Shown here piece by piece: positions 36,411 through 50,072 of a stretch of 64,000 nt of DNA. Every line of letters begins with the position of its first letter. Position 1 is the stretch's first letter. The DNA comes from Heteronotia binoei (taxonomy: Eukaryota): the NCBI RefSeq assembly GCF_032191835.1, contig NC_083223.1, positions 63,674,001 to 63,738,000 of the forward strand, read 5' to 3'. Position numbers and translations under genes: made by a program. The notes beneath the pieces were generated by a model. The model saw nothing but the letters and a program-made list of their open reading frames with translations. It did no database searches and was not told the origin of the DNA.

Positions 36411-39039
36411 GAAAATGTTACAAAACCTCCCTAGAGTCTTATGTAAAATGTTACTGCTTTTAAATGGGAATTTTTAGTATGTGGATGAAAATTAGGGTTC
36501 TCTTTTTTGCGAGCTGTCTTCCAGAGTATTTTAACAAATATCTGAATGTTGCATTTTGTTCAGTATCTTACAGTGTTCATAAATATCAAAGTGCTGCACT
36601 TATTTACTAAAATAATGATTTTAGACTTCTAAACTCAATTCTACATTTACTTAAAAATACTTTCATGCTATTTGTAAATGGAAATTCTTAGCTACACAGC
36701 ACTGCTTTTCCTTGACACATCACTGCTGTGGTTTACAACAGATTTTATACAAATTGCCATCTTGCGATGAGAAGATGTCAGCAGATTCTAGTTGCTAGGA
36801 AACCTTAGAACACTTAACTTCTTTGGTGCTTGCAAACTCTGGCAGTTTTTATACAGCAAAACATTACTTGGAGTCTACAGAGATCCTTATAGATTTCAAT
36901 TTTAAAATTCTGTACAGTGTATCCTGTGAGTACTTGAAAGTACTGAGATGTTTAGGCATGGTGGTCTTTGAGGAGAAAGTTTTCTAACAAGGAGAACAAA
37001 TACTGTTTGTAATTTCAGATTCTGAAATTCAGTATAGGTTGTTATCTCTGTTAGTGTATGAATGTTCTGCAGCAAGAGGACTTCAAAGTGTTAGTTGGTG
37101 AAGCAAGGGACTGTTGCTAAAGGGAGGCTTCCCTTGTGTGAGTAAAAGCACTCTTCTGCTTGTGAGATGCTGAGCTTGGATCAAAGTTTAATATTTATTT
37201 ATAAAGTGCATTCGCAGCTAGTCCTGGAACAATCATTTGACTAATAAAAAGCAAACCCTGTTTGCAGGTTTACGATTGAGAAAAAAATGAGACCATAAAG
37301 AAGGACGAAGCGATGTAGAAGGAAGACGGTGATTGATGTGTTTTATGCCGACTAATATGACTGTGTTTTAGATACACTTGGGACATTGGTTGTAGATCCC
37401 AGAGCAGACATGGGCTTGTGCGGTCCCAGTTCATAGAAATGAAAGTTGATGCCTCAGAGCATAGTTGTAAAGATAGATATGCCTTACAAAGCACACATTT
37501 TCTATCTACATCTTAGAACAAAGCAATTAAAGTCTTAAATTGGTGTTTGTGATTAAAAGGGAAAATACTTTTCCTTCTCTTTCTATCAAGGCTCCTCCTT
37601 TCTCCAAGTCTCAGATCTGTAAACACCATTTATCACTGTAGTTCTCTGCCAGTAAATTCTATTTGAAATTGCGAATGGGGGGGATGCAATTTTGTGCAGG
37701 TGGTGTTCAATAATATTTGATCACCTAAAGTTTCAAACTGTGAACAAGGAGGCTTTGTGTTGTGGCATTAATGTATGAAAATTATGATTAATGAGGGTCT
37801 TGTCACTTGAGATTCGTTTCAGGTATTGAGTTCTGAGTGTTAACCTAAAGTAATTCACTGTAACATAAATGGATGATTTTTATAATATGCATATACAAGG
37901 TTAGTAAGGTAATAACTTTGACAGTGCAGTATAAAACATGATTAAAATGACTTTGTCCTCTAGATGCTTCATGCTGAAGTGCAGCAAGAAAGCACTTTCA
38001 TTTTAGTATAATTTCATTTAATGTCTTCCTATTATTTCTGTGCCATTTATTATGTTTTCCATTTCTGATACTGTGGAGCAGTTGCAATATGTTTGGCATT
38101 GCTTGTTAGTTCAAGGTGTTCAAGAGTACTTTTATAAAACGTTTTTAACAATTTCAGTCACTGTGCAATGGAGTGCATAAATATTATTTTTGCAAGGCCA
38201 GTGGCTGAGGTACATCTTTGCAAATCCTTATATCAATATAAAGTCAAACTGGGTGTTAAGGAGATGGAAGTAGGTGGTAGTGTTTGCATAGAGATGGCAG
38301 TTAGAATGGGCTGAAACAACACAGTAGTACTGCCAATCATTTCAGCTTCAGTGAAGGCTTTCTCCTGAATTTTTTCTGGCTATCTGAAAAATTGGGAATG
38401 TGTCTGTGTTGGATTAAAAGTGCTTCTGACAGGGTCTTTGTATGATTGGCATAAGCAGGTAGTTGGTTCTTCCTTCCTTAGAGTAAGCAGGGAACCTAGA
38501 GTTTATATACACTTAAAAGTTTCATGGGTAGGGACTGGATAGGAAGACAGAAATCTAGGTTTCTTCCTTGATGAATTGCTAATATTGATTCAGGTTTAGG
38601 TGTTAAACTAATTTCTAATGAGGTTGGATCTGACAGGAGTATAAGCTAATTAGGCCCTAATACCTTAAATTATCAAAATGAACCCCCCTGTTAAATTTAC
38701 CAATTCAAATCAAGATTATGTATATATTAACATTGAGTTTGACCATTTCTCCCACCCCCTGAAAATGATTTGCAGATTTGCCACCCTAGCAGATAAATTC
38801 TGCAAAAGGAAGAGGGGAAAATCTTTGAGGAACTCATTGTTTGAAAAAACTGTAGTTATTGGCTATGAGAGTTCCAGCTTCATACCACCACAGGAACTTT
38901 CTTTTTCAAAGTAACAAATATGCAAAGACAGCCACAGTCAGACACATGTGTTTTTCATTGCTTGAAGACAGGAATAGGAGAAAAGGTCACTAGGGAGAGG
39001 GAGCATTATCACCATCATCATCATCATCTGAATTGCCCC

Positions 39040-42000
39040 ATCCCAGCCAATACCAGGCTCTGGATGATGTACAACACAAAAATAAAATATATACATTTAA
39101 ATCAATAAATCAGTTAAATTAAAAAGAAATTATAAACCCCGATGGTGTCTCATTTAAAGTGCTGTTGTTCAGTCCCAGTCATTACATTGAGAGTGAGGAG
39201 AAAATAAGGTGCCAGCATGGCAACTGTTACTGTCCTTATGTAAAAACTTGGTGGAACATCTCTGCCTTACAGGCCCTGTGGAACTGTAAAACATCTGGCA
39301 GGGCCCTGATGTCTTCTGGCAGAGTGTTCCACCAAGTTGAGGACAGCTGGACCTCTTTAGGGCTGGGGATCACCACCAGATTTTGACCAGTGGGGTGTAG
39401 CACTCTTCCAGGGACATAGTGGAGGAGGCAGTCTCGTAGATACATAAGAACATAAGAGAAGCCATGTTGGATCAGGCCAATGGCCCATCCAGTCCAACAC
39501 TTTGTGTCACACAGTGGCCAAAAAAAGTTATTTATATACACACACACACACATATATATATACGCACTGTGGCTAATAGCCACTGATGGACCTCTGCTCT
39601 ATATTTTTATCTAACCCCCTCTTGAAGCTGGCTATGCTTATAGCCGCCACCACCTCCTGTGGCAGTGAATTCCACATGTTAATCACCTTTGGGTGAAGAA
39701 GTACTTCCTTTTATCCGTTTTAACCTCACTGCTAACCAATTTCATCAAATGCCCATGAGTTCTTGTATTGTGAGCAAGGGAGAAAAGTACTTCTTTCTCT
39801 ACTTTCTCCATCCCTTGCATAATCTTGTAACCCTCTATCATGTCACCCCGCAGTTGACGTTTCTCCAAGCTAAAAAGCCCCAAGCGTTTTAACCTTTCTT
39901 CATAGGGAAAGTGTTCCAACCCTTTAATCATTCTAGTTGCCCTTTTCTGGACTTTTTCCAATGCTATAATATCCTTTTTGAGGTGTGGTGACCAGAATTG
40001 CACACAGTATTCCAAATGAGACCGTACCATCGATTTATACAGGGGCATTATGATACTGGCTGATTTGTTTTCAATTCCCTTCCTAATAATTCCCAGCATG
40101 GCGTTGGCCTTTTTTATTGCAATCGCACACTGTCTTGACATTTTCAGTGAGTTATCTACCATGACCCCAAGATCTCTCTCTTGGTCAGTCTCTGCCAGTT
40201 CACACCCCATCAAATTGTATTTGTAGCTGGGATTGTTGGCCCCAATGTGCATTACTTTGCACTTGGCCACATTGAACCTCATCTGCCACCCAGCCTCAAC
40301 AGATCCCTTTGGAGTGCCTCACAATCCTCTCTGGTTCTCACCACCCTGAACAATTTAGTGTCATCTGCAAACTTGGCCACTTCACTGCTTACTTCCAACT
40401 CCAGATCATTTATGAACAAGTTAAAGAGCATGGGACCCAGTATTGAGCCCTGCGGCACCCCACTGCTTACCGTCCTCCACCGCGAAGACTGCCCATTTAT
40501 ACTCACTCTCTGCTTCCTATTAATTAGCCAGTTTTTGATCCACAAGAGGACCTGTCCTTTTACTCCATGACTCTCGAGCTTACTGAGGAGACTTTGATGA
40601 GGAACTTTATCAAAAGCTTTCTGAAAGTCAAGGTAAACAACATCTGTCGGGTCGCCTTTGTCCACATGTTTGTTCACCCCCTCAAAGAAACGTAACAGGT
40701 TAGTGAGGCAAGATCTTCCCTTACAGAACCCATGCTGAGTCTTCCTCAATAACTTGTGTTCATCAATGTGCCTACTCATTCTGTCCTTGATAATGGTTTC
40801 TACCAACTTTCCTGGTATTGAAGTCAGACTGACTGGCCTGTAGTTTCCCGGATCTCCTTTGGAACCCTTTTTAAAGATGGGGGTGACATTTGCTACCTTC
40901 CAGTCCTCAGGAATGGAGGCAGATATCAATGAAAGATTACATATTTTTGTCAGAAGATCCACAAGTTCAACCTTGAGTTCTTTCAGAACTCTTGGATGTA
41001 TGCCATCTGGACCTGATGACTTATTAGTTTTTAATTTGTCTATCAGTTGTAGGACCTCCTCTCTTGTCACCTCAATCTGACTCAGGTCTTTCAACACCTC
41101 TTCCAAAATAAGTGGTTCTGGAGCAGGCAAACACTTCTCGTCTTCCACAGTGAAGACGGAGGCAAAAAATGTATTCAGCTTCTCAGCCATTTCCCTATCC
41201 TTCTTCAGTAATCCTTTTACTCCTTGGTCATCAAAAGGCCCCACTGCCTCCCTGGCTGGTTTTCTGCTTCTAATATATTTGAAGAAATTTTTATTGTTGG
41301 TCTTTATGTTTTTTGCGATATGCTCCTCATAGTCCCTTTTTGCCTGCCTGATCACAGTCTTGCATTTGATTTGCCACAGCCTGTATTCCCTTTTATTAAT
41401 CTCACTTGGACAAGCTTTCCACCGCTTAAAGGAGTCCTTCTTACCTTTTACAGCTTCCATTACTTTGTTTGTTAACCATGCATGCCTTTTCTTATACCTG
41501 TTTGTGCCTTTCCTAACTTGTGGTATATATTTTATCTGAGCTTCTAGGATTGTAGTTTTAAATAGCCTCCAAGCTTCCCCAAGGGTTTTGACTGTATTTA
41601 CCTTTCCTTTCAGTTTCCTCCTCACATGCCTCCTCATCTCAGAGAATTTACCCCTTTTAAAGTTAAACGTGGTTGTGCTGGTCTTTGGGGGCAACTCTCT
41701 ATTTATACAGATGGTGAAATCAATAATGTTGTGGTCACTGCTCCCAAGCGGTGCGATCGCTTTTACATCTCTCACCAAGTCTTGGGCATTACTTAGGACC
41801 AAATCCAGGATCGCCCCACCCCTGGTAGGTTCTGTGACCATCTGCTCCATAGCACAGTCATTGAGAGCATCTAGAAACTCAATCTCTTCCTCTCGACCTG
41901 AACACATATTGACCCAATCAATCTGCGGGTCGTCCCAGACTGCTAAGGGCCTTAAAGGTCATAACCAAAGCCTTGAATCTGACCCGGTGCTCAACCAGCA

Positions 42001-42460
42001 GCCAGTGTAGCTGGTGCAGAACAAGTAGAATATGTCCTGTCCATAGCGTTCTCATCAGGACTTGCGCTGCCACATTCTGGACCTGGTGAAGCTTCTGGGT
42101 GAGATTCAGGAGTAGGCCAGCCTAGAGCAAGTTACAGTAGTCTAATCTGGAGGTGACAATCACATGGATTACTGTGGCCAGGTCTGAGCAAGATAGAAGG
42201 GGAGCTAGGTGCCGGGCTTGACGGAGATGAAAAAAATGCTACCTTGGCAATATGTGTGACCTGGGTCTCCATTGAAAGCAAAGTATCCAGTGTCACTCCT
42301 AAGCTCTTGATGGTATTTGCTGGTGCTAATAGCACCCCATCAAGAGTCGGCAGTCTGCGCTTCAAATCCAACCGCTCTCCCCTCAACCACAGAACCTCAA
42401 TTTTTGACTAGTTCAACTTCAACCCCTGCTCTTCCTTAGCCAGTCCACCATGCAGCATCA
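39040..42460 (-). mobile_element. L2 3' fragment (host) split by CR1
   Basis: L2 sequence at 41926-42460 (SLGVTLDTLLSMETQV, SRLDYCN) resumes at 39040-39440. Confidence 0.7.
39442..41925 (-). mobile_element. CR1 LINE, 2.5-kb 3' portion
   Basis: ORFs 40279..41907 (end of APE: ILDLVLS, GSSDHN; RT: NYRPVSLTS, YLDFQKAFD, FADD) and 39683..40282, joined by one small deletion. CR1 tail at 39442. Confidence 0.97.
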
Positions 42461-43699
42461 TAGGTTAATTAAAAGAAATGGAATTTGGTGATGCATCTTA
42501 TGCTTACACTCATGAAACTGAGGAGAAAGTAGGAAGGAACACAAAAGCAGGAAGTCAGGGCTGCCACTTGTCATCCCTGAATTCCCTTGTCTCTCTGAAG
42601 GGGACTAAACTGGCAGAGTCAGATGACAAGCCCTGTCTATGGGCACTTTCTTTCCCATATCTTGGGAGGTTATGGTAACTTGCTATGCAGAGCATGGTGG
42701 CTTAGCTTCCTAACTTTTTAACATTCCCAGTGGCTTATAAACTTATTATGATATGAGGTTCACATATTAATCTCACGTGATCAGCTGTTCTTAGAATGCC
42801 AGCTCACATGTTCTGCTCTTAGGGCTGTGGGTTAGTGAGTTTTGGCAATGTCTTGAGAAACTCAGTTATCCTTCTGACACTATAGTGTAAGAGGAGTCAC
42901 TGTCTTCATCTGCAACTGAAGGTATTGGAGGAGGATAGTGTATACATGTGGGAGACAATTACAGTTCCCTGGAGTTAGGATGGTAAAGAATATCTGTTTG
43001 GTGCATGTTTTCAAAGCTCTCAACCGATGGAACAGACCTTGAATCAGAAGAGAGGGGTGATAGGCTTCCATAGTCTTTAGAATTTGCTCTTATCCCTTGT
43101 CCTGTGATGCTTTGGAAAAAGAAGAGCCTTGTACTTTGTCCTGTCACATTTGTTAATGTTGCATCTTTCCTCACTTTGCATTTTTCCTCATTTGCCCAAG
43201 TTACTGCTGAATCTCATATTTCACACTTTAATTGTAAAATGAATCATAATGAAGCAGCATTTTCCTTTAGTCTTGTTACTAGATTTTTGCTGACTACAAA
43301 GATGAAACCCATTTTAAAACAAACTGTTGTGTGTCCTGTTATGCTGTGCTGCAGTCTTTACAAACACTTCAGATACACTCAGTTAGTGCTTGAACTACTC
43401 TTTATGTCATTCTAAAGGCTGCAGTGACATGTCCTAGAATCCTCATTGCATTTGGAGGGCCCAGTCTTCAACTGATCCTTTTTTTTCTGGTTAAGAGCTG
43501 GTATATCAATAATGGGGGCATTTCACACAGCCTTTAGACAACTTAAAATAAGCTGTTAACAAATATATTCTAATGAACTGTTGTATAAAAAAGCCATCTG
43601 TTCTGTACAACCCGTTTAAACTCTAATGGATTTTTTTTGTTAACCGTCTATTTAACTGGTAAAAATGTTCACAGATGGCACTTTTTAAAAGAAAAAGTA

Positions 43700-43790
43700 T
43701 GCTTAGAGAGCACACGAAAGCTTACGTTCTGAATAAAATTAAGTTGGTCTTAAAGGTGCAACTTGACTCCTATTTTGTTAAAGTACTTCT
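43700..43790 (+). mobile_element. Penelope-like terminal remnant
   Basis: cacacgaaagctta...gttggtcttaaaggtgc. Confidence 0.5.
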
Positions 43791-44278
43791 GTTTGTCACA
43801 GACCTCTTTTTTGTTTTTTTTTTTGTTATAGCATGAAACCACTGAAATTGGAGATGAGAGTTGTTAGTTGCTAAATGATGGAACAGCAGGACATGTGAGA
43901 GGTAATTAATGCCTCCTTAAGATAGGGGTGGTTGCCTCAGCCTTGAAGCTAATGAAGCCTACCCTGGACCCAAGAGTTTTCAGCAACTATCAACTAGTCT
44001 CAAATGTTCCGTTCCTGAGCATAGTTTTTGAACAGGTAGTGGCAATTGTGGATGAGGCAGATTGTTTGGAATTTTCCAGTCTGGGTTTAGGCCTTGTTAT
44101 GGGACTAAAATAGCCTCGCAAACCTGCTGAATGCCCTGCACCCAGGAAATGTATAGAAAGAGTGCAACATTGTTGATTATCCTGGTTCTCTCAGTGGCTT
44201 TTAGTACCATCAGTCATGGTTATCCTTTTGGACCACCTTTCTGGGCTAAGATTTGGAGGCACCATCCTGCAATATGGT

Positions 44279-44563
44279 GAGAGCCAGTTTGGTGTAGTGT
44301 TTAAGTGCTTGGACTCTTGTCTGGGAGAACCAGGTTTGATTACCCACTCCTCCACTTGCACCTGCTGAGATGGCCTTGGGTCAACTATAGCTTTCATAGA
44401 AACTGTCCTTGAAAGGGTAGCTGCTGTAAAAACACTCTCAGCCCCACCTACTTCACAGGGTGTTTGTTGTGGTGGTGGTGGGGGGGGAAGGTAGAGGAGA
44501 TTGTGACCACTCTGAGATTCAGAGTTTAGGGCGGGATATAAATCCAAAATCATCATCTTCTTC
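44279..44563 (+). mobile_element. tRNA-derived SINE (Squam3-like)
   Basis: Full length with (CAT)(CTT)n tail. Confidence 0.85.
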
Positions 44564-44586
44564 TTCAGTGGTTCCGGTCTGGTTTT

Positions 44587-45896
44587 TGTAAGCCAAAATG
44601 CCCTCAAAACAAGGTTGGGCAATTGTCAGGTGGGCACCTGGCTCACTCAGGATCTTTTTACCCGTGTGTACAGGATTCCACGTCCAGAAAGTAATGCTTA
44701 AAAATATTAGGGACTCTAATTAAGTAAAACCATTAAAATTTATTAAGAAAAACATAGTCTTCCATACAAGATAAAATACTCATAAAATCACACATTCAGT
44801 CCTAGGAAACATAGAGAGAGAGATAGGGGAACACATGGGTAGACAACAGGGTGATATTTACCGATCGTAGTCTTCAAGGAAGGCTCCAATGGCGACGAGC
44901 GAGGAAGTGGGAGAAAGGACCCGAAACTGATCAGGAATTGGGGATACTGATAGAAGCACACCTGTGGGTAGCTAGTCCACAGATTATAAGGACTCTCTTG
45001 GGCCCTTAGGGGATGGGAGGTACGAGGGAGGAGGAAGGTGGTCAGCTGGTGCATGACCTCCCGAAAAGGGGAGGTTTTGTGGTGACCATAAGGGCTGGAG
45101 TACTGCGACAACCAATAGAAAGTTCATTGGTGGCACCTAATTGGGTGCCCATTCCTGACCAATGGACTTGCTTGGATCCTGGATAACTGAGTGAACTTTC
45201 AGGTTGAAATGGACCAGGGGGAGGCTCCAACATGACAGTTGGGGAGAAGAATAGAGAGATTACTTGGGTGGGGAGATACTTAGGACTATTAGACTTATCT
45301 AAAAGGGTGACAATAGAGAGTCAAATCATGGCCTAGGTAACACCCAGTTTGTACAAAGGAACTTTGCTCTGGCTGAAGAAGGTCTTCCTTTTCTTCTGTC
45401 TTCTCCTTGGCACTAGTCTTTGTCTTGCGTTCCGTCAAAAAAAGAAAGTGGCGGTTGGTCAATTAACCACTCCTGGGGTGGGTAGGTTGCTTGCAGGCAC
45501 AGGTGACATCTGGTGTGTTTGTGAGCCGTCTGCTTCGCAGGAATGGAGTCAAGCCTGGTAGGAAGATAGCTGCATGTGGTGTTAGCCCTCCATGGTGGAT
45601 TCCATGGTCAGCGCTTCAAAACCATTCGCCTGGATAGCTCCTGGCGGTGCAGTCTCTTCCGCTCCATGATGGACGTCATGCGGAACGATGGGAAGTCTTC
45701 CATTCTCCTGGTGGGCACTCTTGTACCGGTCTAGAGTGCCTTTGTAGCGTTATGGCTGCTAGTACTGCATAAGTCCCTTTTGCCCCTGGATAGGTTTACC
45801 TACACTCTCTGGCCAGACGTGTGTGAGTCACTTCTCCAGGTGCTCTGGCAACCGAGCTGGTGATTACGATGTTCTGTAAGGGGGTTTTTCCTCCCA
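44587..45896 (-). mobile_element. Solo LTR, 1310 bp
   Basis: TG...CA termini, 4-bp TSD tttt (44583-44586 / 45897-45900), homologous to 54251-55556. AATAAA on the minus strand at 44739-44744. Host L2 reading resumes on both sides. Confidence 0.85.
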
Positions 45897-47124
45897 TTTT
45901 GGAAGGTGGTTCTGGGGGACCACTTCTTAACCCCTTGACTTTTTGCCTGTGGTGTCCAAAGTTCCATCTTGTCCTTTATGCTCTTTAGCATCTACATAGA
46001 ATGATTGGGTGAGGTCATCCAGAGATTTGGCTGGTTTGTCATCAGTGTGCAGATGCCACTAAGTTCTATCTCACATTTCCAGCCAATCCTAGAGAGGCTG
46101 CAGAAACTTGAACCGATGCCTAGAGGCAATTTTGGAGTGGATGCAAGCTAATAAACTGAAACTGAATCATGACAAGGTGGAAGTGCTGCTGGTGAGTGGA
46201 AGATCTTCCCTGGGATTTAAGATGTCACCTGTTCGGGACAGGGTTGCACTTCTCTTTTAGGAACAGGTTTGTCATTTTGAGGTACTCCTGGACCCAGGCC
46301 TACTGTTGGATAAGCAGGTGGCAGCTATATCTGGGAGTTCCTTTTACCAGCTTTGACTGCTTAGCCAGTTGTGGCCACTGTGGTACATACCCTGATTGCC
46401 TCTAGATTAGATCACTGCTATCTGATTGATGTGACGCTGATATGAAAAGTGTTTGTGAATTTTAATTGGTGCAGAATACTTCAGCAAGGACGTTGACTGG
46501 AGTGGTTGTAGGACCACATCACTCCAGTTTTGCATGATCTACACTGGCTCTGAATACGTTTCCAGGTGCAGTTCAAGGGGCTGGTGTTGATCCTTTAAAG
46601 CCTTATATGGCTTGGGACCAACATACCTAAAAGGCTGTCTAATCCCTTATGAACCTACCTGACAACTGCAGTCATCCTTTGAAGCCATGTTTCAGGTATC
46701 CTCTGCTTTCTGAGAATAGGTGTGTGGTAACCCAAGAAAGAACCTTCTCATTTGAAGCACCAAAACTCTTCCCAGGGAGACTCAGCTGTCCACTTCTGTT
46801 GCTATCTTCTGCCAGTGATAAATACTTTTGTTGAGTGTTTCCTCAGTGATCCATCCTTCCTGATCTATGTTTTTTATGTGTATTTTAGCTATGGTTGTTA
46901 TGATGTATGTGTGTTTTTAGTTGGTTTATTATGTGTGTTTTTAATTTGTTAGTCACATTGATGGTCCTGATGCGGGCTGAAAATCAGGGTATAATTTTTT
47001 AAAATAATATTTTCTCCAATGTTTTCTTACTTTCTAGGTACAAATGTAATTCTACATGTTAACGTACTTCAAAAGAGATAAAAATATACATGCTCTCAGA
47101 ATAATAGTCTTATTTGTAGGAATA

Positions 47125-47185
47125 TGATAATAATAATAAAATAATAATAATAATAATAATTAATAAAAAATAATAAAAATAATAA
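47125..47185. repeat. (TAA)n microsatellite
   Basis: Directly visible. Confidence 0.9.
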
Positions 47186-47225
47186 AATATGCAGTTAAAT
47201 CCTATGTTATATCCTGAGAACATAG

Positions 47226-47406
47226 ATCCAGGTGGGCAGCTGTGTTGGTCTGAAGCAGTAGAACAAATTTTGAATCCGGTGGCACCTTTAAGATCAACAA
47301 CAAGTTTATTCAAGCTATGAACTTTCATGTGAAGTGTGCTTGCACATGAAAGCTCATACCTTGAATAAACTTCTGTTGGTCTTAAAGGTGCCACTGGACT
47401 CAAAAT
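47226..47406. mobile_element. Penelope-like termini in inverted arrangement
   Basis: Arms 47266-47331 and 47343-47406 are reverse-complementary and match the other Penelope-like ends. Confidence 0.7.
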
Positions 47407-50072
47407 ATATCCTGGGAAGGAAGAGACAAATTTAGAGACATCGATTAAACGGGGAGAGGAAGCTGGTTTTCTTTTAAACGGGCCTCACTTTCTACCATTT
47501 GGCTGAGCTGTTGGTAGTTCTTTCTTGATGCCATAAAACTCCTTTCATCTAGACTTTTGGATCATTTGTCGAGGTTCAAATTTACAGGGTCATGTTGAAT
47601 GGGCACCCTAAATCATAACTAGGTTATAGAAAGGGAACTTGAAGGCTGCCAGAAAAATCTGTAAAAGTTTGCCTGGTTTGGAGTTCCATGTAAAGACTGA
47701 ATTACATACTATTTATATTGGTTAATTGATTGCCAGGCAGCAGGCTGTGCCAAGATCTTGGGCCCATTCCCAGGAAAAGTAATGTAGAGGATCTTTTAAA
47801 GTGTAGAATTAGCTAGCAGAACATGTTTTCATATTTCTTTCTAGAGTTCTGCCTTAAAACTAGCTGTCTACTGATTATTTATTTATTTACCTTACAATAG
47901 TCCTTTTGACATATGTAAAAGAAGCAGTACCAAGGAAGCTAGAGATTCTCTTTTCTCATAATTAAAGCCAACAAATTAATTGTATTATAATTCCTATAAT
48001 GAGAGAGGTACATCAGCAAGTAGTCTTTTGGGTCAAGGTTAACATAGGATTTAAATGCACAGTTGTCCACTAATGTTGTGTGGTGGTTTCATTGAGGCTA
48101 CTAGTGTTTTTGTAAAAGGTGGACACAACATCTACATGTCGGCATTTTTGTTAAGCTTTATAAAATTATCTAGCATAAATTGTTTTGATGGAAATGCCCT
48201 TGTTCAGCAAGCTTCTTAAAGTTCAATGGTCTTTCATTTCTCTTCAGTCTTACCTGGATTTGAAACAGTTACATCCTCACAAAAATCCATGAGATTATTT
48301 CAAGCATATTTTGTGTAGAATGCTACTTTAGCTGGACAATCTATGGATGGCTTTGTAGAAATTTAAGCTTTTTCATGATTATCAGAATAGCTGGATACTA
48401 GCTAAGCCTTTTGCAAATGGCATCTGTTTTCTCCACTATATTGTTAATGGAGCTACTTTTTCATAGTATCTTAAAAAGCAAGTTGTATGAGTATAGCAGT
48501 GAAATAATTACAGAATAACATTATTAACATCTGGTGTACTAAATTCTGTCCCTTTAGCACTTGATGCTACTTGTCTTAAATTGTTGGATCTTGTGGGGTT
48601 TCTTCATTCTTACCATCTTTGCCTTCTTCCTGGTCTGCGGTTATACACCAAACTAGCTGTATTATCAGCAGCAGTGTTGCCAACGGCATGTTGGAGGTAT
48701 TTCATTGCTACTTATAACTTCAAGAATCATTGCCTTTAGGTTCTCAGAACTGTGTCTCTGTAATCTATTTCATCACAAGTGTGTGAAGGGTAATTTTTCC
48801 ATCTGAACTGTAGTGCGTACTAACTCCTTATATGAATATTTCAAGATAAGTAGTACATTCAACTTTAGAAGAAATGAGCTCACCCATAACCACCTGTTTA
48901 ATGCCATCATATTCTGGGTGTAAGTAGAGAAGCTTCGTCTCCAATATATCAGCATTTATTGGCAGTTCATTGCCCAATCCTTCATGATTAAAACTTTTTG
49001 GAACCCAAAATCATTTAATGATTTAAAAGGTCTCTCATTCACTTTTTCTGAATCAAGGCAAACATCAAATAATTCTTATTTCATTTTTACCTTTCTATTG
49101 AAAATAGATTGCTTTAAGTGCAGATTCAGTGTTTTTCCAAGAGGGCTAATATCATTACATGAAGGCCTTCTTTCACTTTGGGGTTGCTTCGAGTAAGAAG
49201 ACATCTTGATGCTGTTTCTGAATGTGCCACTAAACCTGCATGAGAGAATATAAGAAGCAGTCTTTCTGGATTAGCTCCATCTAGTATTCTCATGCAGTAG
49301 TTGACCAGACACTTGTAAAAATCTTACAGTCAGGGTAAGGCGCCAAAGACTTCACTCTGTTGTTGCTGTCCAGCATTTATATGTCCAGGACCAATGAGGA
49401 GTTGTGGAAGTGGGGAAATTTCATTTCCCTGTGATCACTTTCTGTCTTGCTTTTCCTCTTTTCATGCACTGGCCGTGCCTGCAGCTTCTTGCCTTTCCTT
49501 CTTTCCCTGTTACCTACCCATCCTCATCTGCAGGTTTCCCTTTTTTCCATACTTGTTCCTCTCCCTCTTGTTTTACCTCGGTTCCCTCCTATCATTTACA
49601 TTTTGAATTCTGTATTTTACTAACAATCCCCAAAATGGCCACCAGAAACAATATTTACTTTAAGAAAAATGCAGCTGAGATCTTCGTGGTCTCTGTGCTT
49701 CACACTCATGGGATAGAGTGCCTGCGCTGATCCGAATTGGTACCTTAAAAGCCCGGGATTTTTTCGTGCTTGGCACCAGCAGGCATACGCAGGCGTCCCA
49801 GTATGCATGCTCGCTGGCGCCAGCGCGAGGATCCCATTAGTTCCTTTCTGACTGCTGCACTTAGAGGATCTCCTTTCGTGTCCCCAGTAGGTAAAGTAAT
49901 CTTAGGATTGTCTTTCTTGTTGTATATAGCCTGTTTGTTGTTTTCTTAGTGTAGTTAATTAGTTGTTAGTTAGTGTTGTAAAAAAAAATTGTTGAACTTT
50001 GCCCTTCAGGGTCCAGTTTCCCCCCGTTTTTCCCCTCAGAACTTTTCTTGTGTGGGTTTTTCGTTGGCATCT

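Larger units (their letters stand above)
43900..46780 (+). mobile_element. Old L2 (RT to 3' region) split by a SINE and an LTR
   Basis: Degenerate RT motifs before 44277, after 45896 (...VVLGD...CGVP..SILS.MLF.IY; YADDT-like at ~46045) and in the C-terminal region to ~46780. Confidence 0.7.
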
